Part shown: piece by piece, positions 29,628 to 38,807 of the stretch | How positions within the stretch are numbered: position 1 is the first letter of the stretch | Layout: each line of letters starts with the position of its first letter | Origin: Propionibacteriaceae bacterium | GTDB lineage: Bacteria; Actinomycetota; Actinomycetes; Propionibacteriales; Propionibacteriaceae | Assembly: GCA_035535875.1 (NCBI GenBank) | Contig: DATLPF010000053.1 | Location: 681-64,680, forward strand | DNA: 64,000 bases | Direction of reading: 5' to 3' | Notes under the pieces: generated by a model | Told to the model about the DNA's origin: nothing | What the model saw: the letters and a program-made list of their open reading frames with translations, nothing else | Database searches by the model: none | Program-made: the position numbers and the translations under genes

Positions 29628-29639
29628 TGGTGCACGGAG

Positions 29640-30302
29640 TCAGTGCTGGGCCTGCCAACTCGGGCTGCCCAGCTTCGCCTCGACCTGCTGGTCAAGATCA
29701 ACACCGAGCTGCCGTGCGAGGATTGCGGCTGCGATCACGACATCGGCCAGCTGACCGCCGACCTCATTGTTGGTGCGGAAGCCCAGGCCTTGACCCATGG
29801 CTCGCCGCAAGGTCTTGACGCTTTCGCCGGAACTCTCGACCAGCCGCAGCGCGCTATCGGTCAGGCAATCCTCGCCGTCCCGCTCACGAAGACCATCCGC
29901 GAGTGCCATGATCCTTGGATCAGTGGCCACCATCGCCAAATCCGGGTCAGGGTCGCCACCCAGGATGGCGAAGCGGTAGCCGATGATCTCTGCCCTGAAC
30001 CCTCGCTCACCGGGTCGCCGCTCACGCATCTCGCTGAATACCACGCCGGCTGCGCGGTGCAGCAAGAACAGCCCACTCAGCTCGTGCGGAGGCACATGGA
30101 TCAGGAATTCGACGCCGAGCCCACGCGGCACAACGTACGGGTCAGTCGGGGGCACCAGCTCGATCCGCGAATGGGCCAATGAGAGGCATGCCCGGGGTTG
30201 ATCCCCGTCTCGGGCGGACTCGTACTCCACCTTCCAGCCTGCCTGACTGAAGATCGACGCGGCGGCGTACGGATCCTCGGTTGCAAGCAGGGGGGCAAGC
30301 AT
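29640..30302 (-). CDS. Putative VOC/glyoxalase-like plus MazG-like fusion protein
   Basis: N-terminal LAPLL..EDP.AA..F...GW and ER..GERGF; C-terminal L.E..GE..K.LR and QLADV.I....LA..LGVDL...VEAKL. Confidence 0.7.
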   Translation of the reverse strand: MLAPLLATEDPYAAASIFSQAGWKVEYESARDGDQPRACLSLAHSRIELVPPTDPYVVPRGLGVEFLIHVPPHELSGLFLLHRAAGVVFSEMRERRPGERGFRAEIIGYRFAILGGDPDPDLAMVATDPRIMALADGLRERDGEDCLTDSALRLVESSGESVKTLRRAMGQGLGFRTNNEVGGQLADVVIAAAILARQLGVDLDQQVEAKLGSPSWQAQH

Positions 30303-30540
30303 TCGTGAACTCCAGAACAAGCGGTTGCGCCTTCCCTCACTCTTGCACAATTAGGACACTCTGGCGTGCGACGCGACCAAGCCAACTTGGCCGGATGTGG
30401 CGCATCACCGCCCGACGGAGCACAGCGCTAACGGCAGCCACACGGGCCACATGAGCCTCGAAGACACTGCCGTCGTCCGCGAGCATCCCACAGCTGCGTG
30501 GGATGTTGCGTGGCGGCGAAGCCTAGACTTCGGACCGATC

Positions 30541-30869
30541 ATGCCGAGGCATCAGAAGCGTACGGGCGGTGCGACCATTCCCCGGAAGCTGGCCAATCCC
30601 TGCTTGGTACTGCTGATGATGATCATGGTCGTGAGCTGCTCAAGTCCCGGACCGCCGGCTCCCACCGAAACGGTCCGCGAACTGAGCCGGAGCCGAATCG
30701 CGTTGCCCGAGTCGGTCGCGGCGTCCTCGCTGGCCTCGGCCTCCGCGGAGTTGCTCGTGGGAGGGCGCGCATCGCGAGCGGAGATCACCCGGTGCTCTTC
30801 GCCGTAGACACCTCCGGCTCCACCCGCTCGGTCAGAACCCAGTCGAGGTATCTCTCAACTGGGTTCTGA
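30541..30869 (+). pseudogene. Possible truncated and frameshifted lipoprotein remnant
   Basis: Hydrophobic stretch ending in lipobox VVSC followed by a Pro-rich linker; frame ends at 30807 with a plausible shifted continuation to 30869. Confidence 0.35.
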
Positions 30870-31310
30870 CAAGTCGGCCAGGGCGCGGAGCGCCAGCGGG
30901 TATCCGGCAACACCCAAGCCGACGATGATGCCGGCAGCAACCGGCGACACGTACGAGAGATGCCTGAACGGCTCACGGCGATGGACGTTAGAGATGTGCA
31001 GCTCGATCACCCGAGCTCCCGACCCGGCGATGGCGTCATGTAGTGCGACGCTGGTGTGGGTGTACGCCGCTGCGTTCAGCACGACGCCGACCGCGCCACC
31101 GGCCGACTGAGCTCGGCCAGCCTCCTGGATCCAATCGACGAGCTCGCCCTCCCGGTTGGTTTGACGGAACTCCAGAGTCCAGCCCAGCTCGTTCGCCACC
31201 TCGAGGCAGGAACGCTCGACATCGGCCAAGGTCGTCGTGCCGTAGATCTCTGGCTCACGCATCCCAAGCAAATTCAGATTCGGCCCGTTGAGGACGTACG
31301 CGGAGGTCAT
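30855..31310 (-). CDS. aroQ: Type II 3-dehydroquinate dehydratase
   Basis: [42 protein letters not shown]. Confidence 0.97.
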   Translation of the reverse strand: MTSAYVLNGPNLNLLGMREPEIYGTTTLADVERSCLEVANELGWTLEFRQTNREGELVDWIQEAGRAQSAGGAVGVVLNAAAYTHTSVALHDAIAGSGARVIELHISNVHRREPFRHLSYVSPVAAGIIVGLGVAGYPLALRALADLSEPS

Positions 31311-31327
31311 GGTGGTACTCCATCACA

Positions 31328-31441
31328 GCTGCGAGCGTCGGAAATCGCGCACCGCCGCACGGAGAAGGAGCGAGCGGAGGCGTTCTTTCCTCTGCGAGCG
31401 ACGACGACGGCGGCGGATCCAAAGCGCGATGCGCGAGCAGC
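31328..31441 (-). repeat. Dispersed repeat family A, copy 2 (complete core)
   Basis: Reverse complement reads GCTGCTCGCGCATCGCGC...GTCGTCGCTCGCAGAGG..CGCCTCCGCTCGCT...CGATTTCCGACGCTCGCAGC. Confidence 0.85.
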
Positions 31442-31463
31442 TCAAGAAATGGCTCCACTGGCC

Positions 31464-32237
31464 TTAGACGCGCGTCCCGACAAAGAACTCACGCGGCGGG
31501 CGGTTCTCGGTTGTCACCTCCGCAACCGAACGCGCGCGGAACCCGACATCAATCAGCACCCGGAGCCAGAGGGCACGCGGAAAGAGTCCGAATTCGTGCG
31601 TGTCGTGCACCACCTCCACAACGCCATCGGTCTCGCGAAGCAAGAAGGCGTAATCGGCGTGGGTGCGAGTATCAGTCGGGTCCGGATCGCTGGACCAGGA
31701 GAGGTAGCGCGCGCCGCGGCCGTCCGGCGCGTCCTGGCCGCCGTAATCGGTACTGGGCTCGAAGTTCTCGGCGATGTTGTCAGGCACGAGTACCGCGACA
31801 CCACCTTGCCGGCAGTGTTCGTACGCGGTGCCTGCCGCGTCCCGTAGATCGGCCTCCGTGATCATGTAGTCGATAGCGTCGTGGACGAAAACTGCATCGA
31901 AGCTCCGCCCGAGACGGAGCGTTCGCATATCTCCCCGCAGATGATCACAATCAGGATTGAGCTGCCGCGACACTCTCAGCATCTCGTCTGATAGGTCGAC
32001 CAGGGTCATCTCAAATTCGTTCTTGAGGTGGAAAGCGTTGTTACCGCCGCCGCTCCCTAGCTCCAGAACTGTGCGAGCCGGGGGGTTGGCGGTGCGTAGC
32101 AAGGAGGCCGCGAACGCTGCTTCCTCGGCGTACTCCTCAGGCGGGGAGATCAGCGGCCACCACGAGGCGAGTTCACCGTACAAGCGGTGCCTAGGATGCG
32201 CGACGCGATCACGGTCCTGGTCTGCGAGCTCAGTCAC
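31464..32237 (-). CDS. Class I SAM-dependent methyltransferase
   Basis: LELGSGGG, VDLS, GDMRTLRLGR.FDAV; TAGGCT 7 nt before GTG at 32237. Confidence 0.9.
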   Translation of the reverse strand: MTELADQDRDRVAHPRHRLYGELASWWPLISPPEEYAEEAAFAASLLRTANPPARTVLELGSGGGNNAFHLKNEFEMTLVDLSDEMLRVSRQLNPDCDHLRGDMRTLRLGRSFDAVFVHDAIDYMITEADLRDAAGTAYEHCRQGGVAVLVPDNIAENFEPSTDYGGQDAPDGRGARYLSWSSDPDPTDTRTHADYAFLLRETDGVVEVVHDTHEFGLFPRALWLRVLIDVGFRARSVAEVTTENRPPREFFVGTRV

Positions 32238-32286
32238 CTGCTCGAGCCTAATGCCGGGTTCAGCACCCGTTGACCTTGCGGCGACA

Positions 32287-32829
32287 CTAGCGATCGGCGG
32301 CGCCCGGTTGATGCCAGGCGCTGTCCCGCCGTTCAGCCAGGCCACGTACATAGGCAGCCTGACCCGCGTGCTGCATGGTGTCCCCGATCACGCTGACGAG
32401 CCTGACTGAGGCCGTCACCGGCGGGTCCCAGCGGGTATCGACGATGCGATCCAGCTCGGCTGCCGTGATGCCTTCCAGATAGCGCAGGGTGACGTCGTGA
32501 ACCGCCTGATGGTATCCGCTGAGGAGATCGCCGCTCACTCCGACAGCCGCTACGTCCTCGGGGCCTTGGCCCCAGCCGGTGGCCCACTTGCCAAAGGGCA
32601 GCCCAAACCTCTCCCGCCACTCCGGCCACACCTGCTCGACCTGCGCCACGCCGGCGACGTGATCGTCTTGAATCCGGCTTAGATGCCAGACCAACCACGC
32701 AATCGAGTTCGCCCCGGGATCGGGGCGATACGTGGCGATCTCATCAGTCAGCCCGTCGGTGAGATCGATCACCAGCTCGCGTATCCGCCCGAAAGCATCC
32801 ACCAGAATCTGCTTTGCATGATCAGTCAT
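32287..32829 (-). CDS. DinB superfamily / mycothiol S-transferase-like protein
   Basis: ANSIAWLVWHL.R.QD.H, WDPPVT..VRLVSV..D..QH.GQAAY. Confidence 0.9.
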   Translation of the reverse strand: MTDHAKQILVDAFGRIRELVIDLTDGLTDEIATYRPDPGANSIAWLVWHLSRIQDDHVAGVAQVEQVWPEWRERFGLPFGKWATGWGQGPEDVAAVGVSGDLLSGYHQAVHDVTLRYLEGITAAELDRIVDTRWDPPVTASVRLVSVIGDTMQHAGQAAYVRGLAERRDSAWHQPGAADR

Positions 32830-32859
32830 ATCACCGAACCCTAGCGGCAGATTTGATTG

Positions 32860-33047
32860 GAGCTGCTTGCGCTGTGTTTGATTGCTCGCTGCCGCTCGCG
32901 GCGGATCGCGCCAGGAGGCCGCCTACTTTGTCGTCGCTCGCAGAGGGAACTACGCCTCCGCTCGCTTCTCCGCAGCACGGTGGCGCGCGATCCGGTGTTT
33001 GATTGCTCGCTGCCGCTCGCGGCGATGTTCGCTGCGGCGCGAACATC
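32860..33047 (+). repeat. Dispersed repeat family A, composite copy 3
   Basis: Core similar to copy 2, interrupted by two identical 30-bp modules GTGTTTGATTGCTCGCTGCCGCTCGCGGCG (32874-32903, 32995-33024). Confidence 0.85.
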
Positions 33048-33068
33048 GAGAACCCGCCGCAGTGCGGA

Positions 33069-35426
33069 TCAGGACAAGTGGAACGGCTCAGGATCCTTCT
33101 TGTGATGATCATCGGCGCCCAGCGGCTCCTGGCCGCCGGCTTGTGTCGACTGCACTGTTCCTGGCCGCAGCAGCCGGATGATCACCGACTTCGAGGTGGG
33201 AGTGTTGCTCCCGACAGCCGTTGAGTCCAGCGGAACCAGTGGATTGGTTTCGGGGTAGTAAGCCGCCGCCGTGCCGCGCGGCGTCTGGTACGCGACGATC
33301 CGGAAGCCCCGCGCCCGGCGTACGTGATCATCACCTGCCCAGTGGGTGACCAGATCGACGATGTCGCCGTCGTGGAAACCGAGCTCCTCGATGTCGCGCG
33401 GGTTGACGAACACCACTCGCCGGCCGCCCTCGATGCCGCGGTAGCGATCGCTGAATCCGTAGATCGTCGTATTGAACTGATCATGACTGCGCAAGGTTTG
33501 CAAGATCAAATGACCTGGCGGAACCTGCAGCGCCTCAATCGTCGACACCGTGAACTCCGCACGCCCGGATTCGGTCTGGAAGGTACGCGTGTCTCGCGGC
33601 GGATGTGGCATCACGAAGCCGCCAGGCCGAGAGACGTTCACCTCATAGGTCTTGCAGCCGGGCACCACACGTGCGATGTACCAGCGGATCCGGCGGTAGT
33701 CGTCCCGCATACCTCGCCAGTCAATGCTGTAGCGATCACCCAATGTCGCCTCGGCAAGCCCGGTGACGATCGCCACCTCCGATCGCAGATGAGGACTGGC
33801 TGGAGACAACGGTCCTCGTGACGCGTGCACCGAGCACGTCGAGTCCTCCACCGAGACAAACTGCGGGCCGCTTGCCTGAATGTCAATCTCTGTACGCCCC
33901 AGGGTTGGCAAGATCAACGCCGTCGTGCCGCAAACCAGGTGCGACCTGTTGATCTTGGTCGACACGTGCACCGTAAGGTCCGCCCGGCGAAGTGCTGCAG
34001 CAGTGACCTCGGTGTCCGGAGCGGCCTGAACGAAGTTCCCGCCGAGCCCGATGAAGATCTTGGCCTGTCCGTCGCGGAGCGCGCGGATGGCATCCACAGT
34101 GTCATAGCCGTCCTCTCGCGGCGGCTGGAAACCGAACTCGGCCTGCAGCCGGTCGAGGAAATGGGCCGGCGGGCTCTCGCAGATGCCCATCGTGCGGTCG
34201 CCCTGCACGTTGGAGTGACCCCGTACGGGAAGAAGCCCCGCACCAGGCTTGCCAATGTTGCCCTGGGCCAGGGCTAGGTTCACGATCTCGGAGATTGTGG
34301 CTACCGCGTTGTGATGCTGGGTCAGCCCCATAGCCCAGCAAAACACCGTCCGATCGGAGTCGCGGAGCAGTCGAGCCGCCTCGGTGATCTGCTCGCGGGA
34401 CAGCCCCGTGGTCGCGACCACGAAGGCCCAGTCAATGGCCGACACATGCGCCCGCCAGCTCTCGAAACCGCGCGTATACCGCGCAATGAATTCATGATCA
34501 AGGGCATCCCACCCCAGAAGCAGAGCGCCCCATGCCTGGAAAAGAGCCAGATCGCCATTGATCCTGATCGGTAGGTACAGGTCTGCGAGGTCGGTACCTT
34601 TGCCGATAAGTCCGCGTGGCGTCTGCGGGTTGCGAAAGTTGATCAATCCCGCCTCGCGCAGCGGGTTGACGGCGATGATCTTGGCGCCGTGGCGTTTGGC
34701 GGTTTCCAGTGCGGACAACATCCGGGGGTGGTTGGTCCCCGGATTTTGGCCGGCCAAGATCAATAGCCTCGCGGCATGGACGTCGTCGAGAGTGACGCTC
34801 GCCTTGCCGATGCCGATGGTCTCGGCTAGCGCAACGCTCGTTGACTCGTGGCACATGTTGGAGCAGTCAGGCAGGTTGTTCGTGCCGTACGCCCGCACGA
34901 ACAGCTGGTAACAGAACGCCGCCTCGTTGGAGGTACGGCCCGAGGTGTAGAAGATCGCTTCGTCCGGACTCGCCAGCGCATTGAGCTGATCCGCGATCAA
35001 CCGGAATGCTTCGTTCCACTCGATCGGCTCATAGTGCGTCGCTCCCGGTCTCTTGATCAAGGGATGGGTGATCCGGCCCTGCTGCCCCAGCCAGTGCTCG
35101 TCGTGGCCGTCCAGATCGGCGATGCTGTGGTGAGCGAAGAACTCGGGCGTCGCCCGTGCCGTCGTGGCTTCTTCCGCGACGGCCTTGACGCCGTTTTCAC
35201 AGAACTCGGCCGTGTGGCGATGACCGGGATCGGGATTCGGCCAGGCACAACTCATGCAGTCAAAGCCTTCGGCCTGATTGAGCTTGAGCAGCGTACGCGC
35301 GGCCCGCCTGGGCCCCATCTTCTGTACTGAGCGTTTCAGCCCCACAGCTACGCCAGGAATCCCAGCAGCATGGTCGTCCGGCTCGGATATGCCGATCTTG
35401 GCTTCGTCCCCTCGCGCCTTGCGCAT
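33069..35426 (-). CDS. FdhF/YdeP family molybdopterin oxidoreductase
   Basis: GFDC.SCAWP, EFCENG.KA, FYTSGRTSNE, NNLPDCSNMCHES, RGHSNVQG, RSHDQFNTTIY. Confidence 0.95.
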   Translation of the reverse strand: MRKARGDEAKIGISEPDDHAAGIPGVAVGLKRSVQKMGPRRAARTLLKLNQAEGFDCMSCAWPNPDPGHRHTAEFCENGVKAVAEEATTARATPEFFAHHSIADLDGHDEHWLGQQGRITHPLIKRPGATHYEPIEWNEAFRLIADQLNALASPDEAIFYTSGRTSNEAAFCYQLFVRAYGTNNLPDCSNMCHESTSVALAETIGIGKASVTLDDVHAARLLILAGQNPGTNHPRMLSALETAKRHGAKIIAVNPLREAGLINFRNPQTPRGLIGKGTDLADLYLPIRINGDLALFQAWGALLLGWDALDHEFIARYTRGFESWRAHVSAIDWAFVVATTGLSREQITEAARLLRDSDRTVFCWAMGLTQHHNAVATISEIVNLALAQGNIGKPGAGLLPVRGHSNVQGDRTMGICESPPAHFLDRLQAEFGFQPPREDGYDTVDAIRALRDGQAKIFIGLGGNFVQAAPDTEVTAAALRRADLTVHVSTKINRSHLVCGTTALILPTLGRTEIDIQASGPQFVSVEDSTCSVHASRGPLSPASPHLRSEVAIVTGLAEATLGDRYSIDWRGMRDDYRRIRWYIARVVPGCKTYEVNVSRPGGFVMPHPPRDTRTFQTESGRAEFTVSTIEALQVPPGHLILQTLRSHDQFNTTIYGFSDRYRGIEGGRRVVFVNPRDIEELGFHDGDIVDLVTHWAGDDHVRRARGFRIVAYQTPRGTAAAYYPETNPLVPLDSTAVGSNTPTSKSVIIRLLRPGTVQSTQAGGQEPLGADDHHKKDPEPFHLS

Positions 35427-35495
35427 CTGCCCTCCATCGCCGTACCGCCGCCTTTGTCAATCTAGCTCTAGCTGTTCGATAACAGCTGTTTTGCA

Positions 35496-35556
35496 GCTGC
35501 TCGCGCATCGCGCTTGGGAATCAGCCGTCGTCGTCGCGATTTCCGACGCTCGCAGC
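35496..35556 (+). repeat. Dispersed repeat family A, internally deleted copy 4
   Basis: GCTGCTCGCGCATCGCGCTT...GCCGTCGTCGTCGCGATTTCCGACGCTCGCAGC. Confidence 0.85.
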
Positions 35557-35624
35557 TTGGTTTGGTTACCGGCGAGAAGCACAATGGAAGTTACTGAAAA
35601 GTAACTTGCCGCAGAAGGTGCCGG

Positions 35625-37490
35625 ATGAGCCATTACAAGTCCAATGTCCGGGATATTGAGTTCAATCTCTTCGAAGTGCTTGGGCGGGAAGAGATCCTAG
35701 GCACCGATCCATACGCCGACCTTGACCGGGCGACGGTTTCGGAAATCCTCGCTGAAGTCGATCACCTCGCTAGGACAAAGCTCGCCGAGTCGTTTTCCGA
35801 CGCGGGTCATAACGTGCCGATCTTCGACCCGAAGACGCATTCGGTGACGGTGCCCGAGGACATCAAGAAGTCTTTCCGTGCACTCATGGACTCCGGGACG
35901 TGGCAACTCGAGTTGCCGGCAGAGCTTGGCGGTCAGGCCACTCCGCCATCGGTTCAGTGGGCGGTCCACGAGCTCAACATCGGGGCGAATCCATCGACAG
36001 CTCTCTATTCAGCCGGCCCCAAGTTCGCGTACATGTTGTGGGCAACGGGCAACGAGCGTGATCGACGCATCGCCAAGATCATGATTGAGCGGCAGTGGGG
36101 CGCCACGATGGTGCTGACCGAGCCGGACGCGGGCTCCGACGTCGGCGCTGGGCGTACCCGAGCAATTCCCCAACCAGATGGCACGTGGCACATCCAGGGC
36201 GTCAAGCGTTTCATCACGTCGGCCGAACATGACTTGAGCGAGAACATCATCCATCTGGTACTGGCCCGACCGCAGGGCGCCGAGGGTGTCGGCAGACCGG
36301 GCACCAAGGGTCTGTCGCTGTTCATCGTGCCCAAGTTCGGTTTTGATCTTGAGACCGGTGAGCTGACCGGTGAGCGCAATGGTGTCTTTGCCACCAACCT
36401 TGAGAAGAAGATGGGTATCAAGGCCTCCACGACCTGCGAGCTGACCTTCGGCGAGGCAGACGTCCCTGCCAAGGGCTGGCTTCTGGGCGAGGTACACGAC
36501 GGCATTGCGCAAATGTTCCGCGTGATCGAACACGCCCGGATGCTGGTGGGCACGAAGGCGATCGCCACCTTGTCCACCGGCTATCTCAATGCCTTGGCAT
36601 ACGCCAAGACGCGAGTCCAAGGTCCTGATCTCACTCAGACTGCCGACAAGACCGCACCGCGAGTCGCGATCACTCACCATCCTGATGTGCGGCGCTCGTT
36701 GATGACACAGAAGTCCTTCACCGAGGGGTTGCGGGCTCTGCTGCTCTATGCCGCGACCATCCAGGACCGCAACGCCATCGCGAGGGCACACGGCACCACC
36801 GATGATGCGGCTGAGCGGCTGAACGATCTCCTGTTGCCTATCGTCAAGGGCTACGGCTCGGAACGCTCCTGGGTGCTGCTCGGAACAGAATCGCTGCAGA
36901 CCTTTGGGGGCTCAGGTTTCCTTACCGACTATCCGATCGAGCAGTATGTCCGCGATGCCAAGATCGACACTCTCTACGAGGGCACAACCGCCATACAGGG
37001 CCAGGATCTGTTCTTCCGCAAGATCGTCAAAGACCAAGGTCGCGCGCTTGGTGATCTTTCGGCGCAGATCAGTGAATGGGTTGTCGCCGAAGGCGGAAAT
37101 GGTCAGCTCAAAGAGGAACGCGCCCTGCTGCAGCAGGCCTTGGACGACGTCGGCGCAATCGTGGCGACCATGATCAACGATCTTGGTGTCTCACTGCCCG
37201 GGACACCTCGCAGCGATCCGCGTCATGTCTACAAGGTTGGCCTGAACACCACGCGACTGCTGATGGCGCTCGGCGACGTGATCTGTGCGTGGCTGCTGCT
37301 CCGCGGCGCTGAGGTGGCACTCGAGCGGCTCAATGAGGAGCTCTCGCCCCACGAGAAGTCCTTCTATGAGGGCAAGGTCGCCTCGGGCTGCTGGTTTGCG
37401 CGCACGGTGCTGCCCAAGCTGGCGGCCGAGCGTGCCATCGCAGAGGCGACTGATCTCGCCGTCATGGATCTGGACGAAGCCGCCTTCTGA
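35625..37490 (+). CDS. Acyl-CoA dehydrogenase (FadE5-like)
   Basis: [50 protein letters not shown]. Confidence 0.95.
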   Translation: MSHYKSNVRDIEFNLFEVLGREEILGTDPYADLDRATVSEILAEVDHLARTKLAESFSDAGHNVPIFDPKTHSVTVPEDIKKSFRALMDSGTWQLELPAELGGQATPPSVQWAVHELNIGANPSTALYSAGPKFAYMLWATGNERDRRIAKIMIERQWGATMVLTEPDAGSDVGAGRTRAIPQPDGTWHIQGVKRFITSAEHDLSENIIHLVLARPQGAEGVGRPGTKGLSLFIVPKFGFDLETGELTGERNGVFATNLEKKMGIKASTTCELTFGEADVPAKGWLLGEVHDGIAQMFRVIEHARMLVGTKAIATLSTGYLNALAYAKTRVQGPDLTQTADKTAPRVAITHHPDVRRSLMTQKSFTEGLRALLLYAATIQDRNAIARAHGTTDDAAERLNDLLLPIVKGYGSERSWVLLGTESLQTFGGSGFLTDYPIEQYVRDAKIDTLYEGTTAIQGQDLFFRKIVKDQGRALGDLSAQISEWVVAEGGNGQLKEERALLQQALDDVGAIVATMINDLGVSLPGTPRSDPRHVYKVGLNTTRLLMALGDVICAWLLLRGAEVALERLNEELSPHEKSFYEGKVASGCWFARTVLPKLAAERAIAEATDLAVMDLDEAAF

Positions 37491-37550
37491 CCGCACAAAT
37501 CTTGGTGGGTCGATAGCGCATCAGAGCGGAGGGCGAGAGACGATTGGCGC

Positions 37551-38762
37551 ATGACTCAACCCGCCAGCTCGCAGCCGTCACGCATCGTCATTATCGGAGC
37601 CTCACTGGCGGGTGGCACGGCCGCCATCGCGCTTAGAGATCAGGGATACGAGGGCGAGCTGACGTTGATTGGTGAGGAGAGCCAACTCCCCTACGAGCGG
37701 CCGCCCCTATCTAAGGCTCTGCTGCTAGGGGAACGGGATGAACCGGACTGGGTCGCCGACGAGGCAACCTACGCTGACAAGGCCATTGGCCTTCGGCTCG
37801 GGACGACGGCTACCCGGATTGACCGCAGTCGCAAGGTCGTCGTCGCGAGTCGTCACGAGTATCCATATGACAAGTTGCTCATTGCCACCGGCTCGGCGCC
37901 CCGGCGGCTGGACGTACACGGCTCCGAATTGGACGGTCTACTCACGCTGCGGACGCTTGAAGAGTCGCTTGCGCTTCGAGAGCGGTTCACTGAGGGTGCC
38001 AGCGTAGTGATCGTAGGAGCCGGCTGGATCGGCTGCGAGGCCGCGGCGGCTGCACGGCAGCATGGGGCCAACGTGACGATTGTCGAGCCGCGGTCACAGC
38101 CTTTGCTCGGTGTCGTCGGTGAGCAGATCGGCGCCACATTCGCCGCGCTCCATCGTGATCATGGCGTGGACCTCCGGTTGGGTACCGGCGTCAAAGGTTT
38201 CGCTGGCGAGGGCACGGCCTCGTCGGTTCTGATCAAGGGCGGTCATTCCATCCCCGCAGACACGATATTGATCGGCGTAGGCGCTGCACCCAACATCGCC
38301 CTCGCCGACGCGGCCGGCCTCAAGCTGGCCGACGGCGGGATCGCCGTTGACGCAACCCTCCGGAGCTCCGATCCCGACATCTACGCCGCCGGCGATGTCG
38401 CGGCCCAGGACCATCCGAAGTATCGGCACCGGGTCCGTGTGGAGCACTGGGCCAATGCCAAGGATCAAGGTTCGCATGTGGCGGGCAACCTGCTGGGCGC
38501 CGAGGCACCGTATGAGTTGCGACCGTTCTTTTTCTCCGACCAGTACGACCTCGGCTGTGAATATCGCGGGCTCGCCGACCCGGCGAAGGACCGGCTCGTC
38601 GTACGAGGGGATTTGGCGTCTCGGGAGTTCACCGCGTTCTGGCTACGTGACGGCGCCGTGGCAGCTGCGATGAATGTGAATCAGTGGGACGACGGCGACG
38701 CCCTTCAAGAGCTCGTCGACTCCGGCCGCCAAGTCCCCGACAAAGAGCTCCTCGCAACCTGA
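37551..38762 (+). CDS. FAD/NAD(P)H-dependent ferredoxin reductase-like oxidoreductase
   Basis: GASLAG, PYERPPLSK, GAGWIGCE, AAGD, RVEHW.NA, FFSDQYD. Confidence 0.92.
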   Translation: MTQPASSQPSRIVIIGASLAGGTAAIALRDQGYEGELTLIGEESQLPYERPPLSKALLLGERDEPDWVADEATYADKAIGLRLGTTATRIDRSRKVVVASRHEYPYDKLLIATGSAPRRLDVHGSELDGLLTLRTLEESLALRERFTEGASVVIVGAGWIGCEAAAAARQHGANVTIVEPRSQPLLGVVGEQIGATFAALHRDHGVDLRLGTGVKGFAGEGTASSVLIKGGHSIPADTILIGVGAAPNIALADAAGLKLADGGIAVDATLRSSDPDIYAAGDVAAQDHPKYRHRVRVEHWANAKDQGSHVAGNLLGAEAPYELRPFFFSDQYDLGCEYRGLADPAKDRLVVRGDLASREFTAFWLRDGAVAAAMNVNQWDDGDALQELVDSGRQVPDKELLAT

Positions 38763-38807
38763 CTCCTCCTCTCCTATTACGCCGAGTTGTCAGCGTGGAT
38801 GAGGGCG

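Noticed and set aside
32860-33047. CRISPR-like pair of identical 30-bp direct repeats
   Set aside because: Only two copies, the 91-bp interval is itself repeat DNA, and there are no cas genes.
31255-33112. Short ORFs with similar peptides (e.g. SSLAEERTPPLA and SSLAEGTTPPLA)
   Set aside because: These are translations of family A repeats with no convincing RBS.
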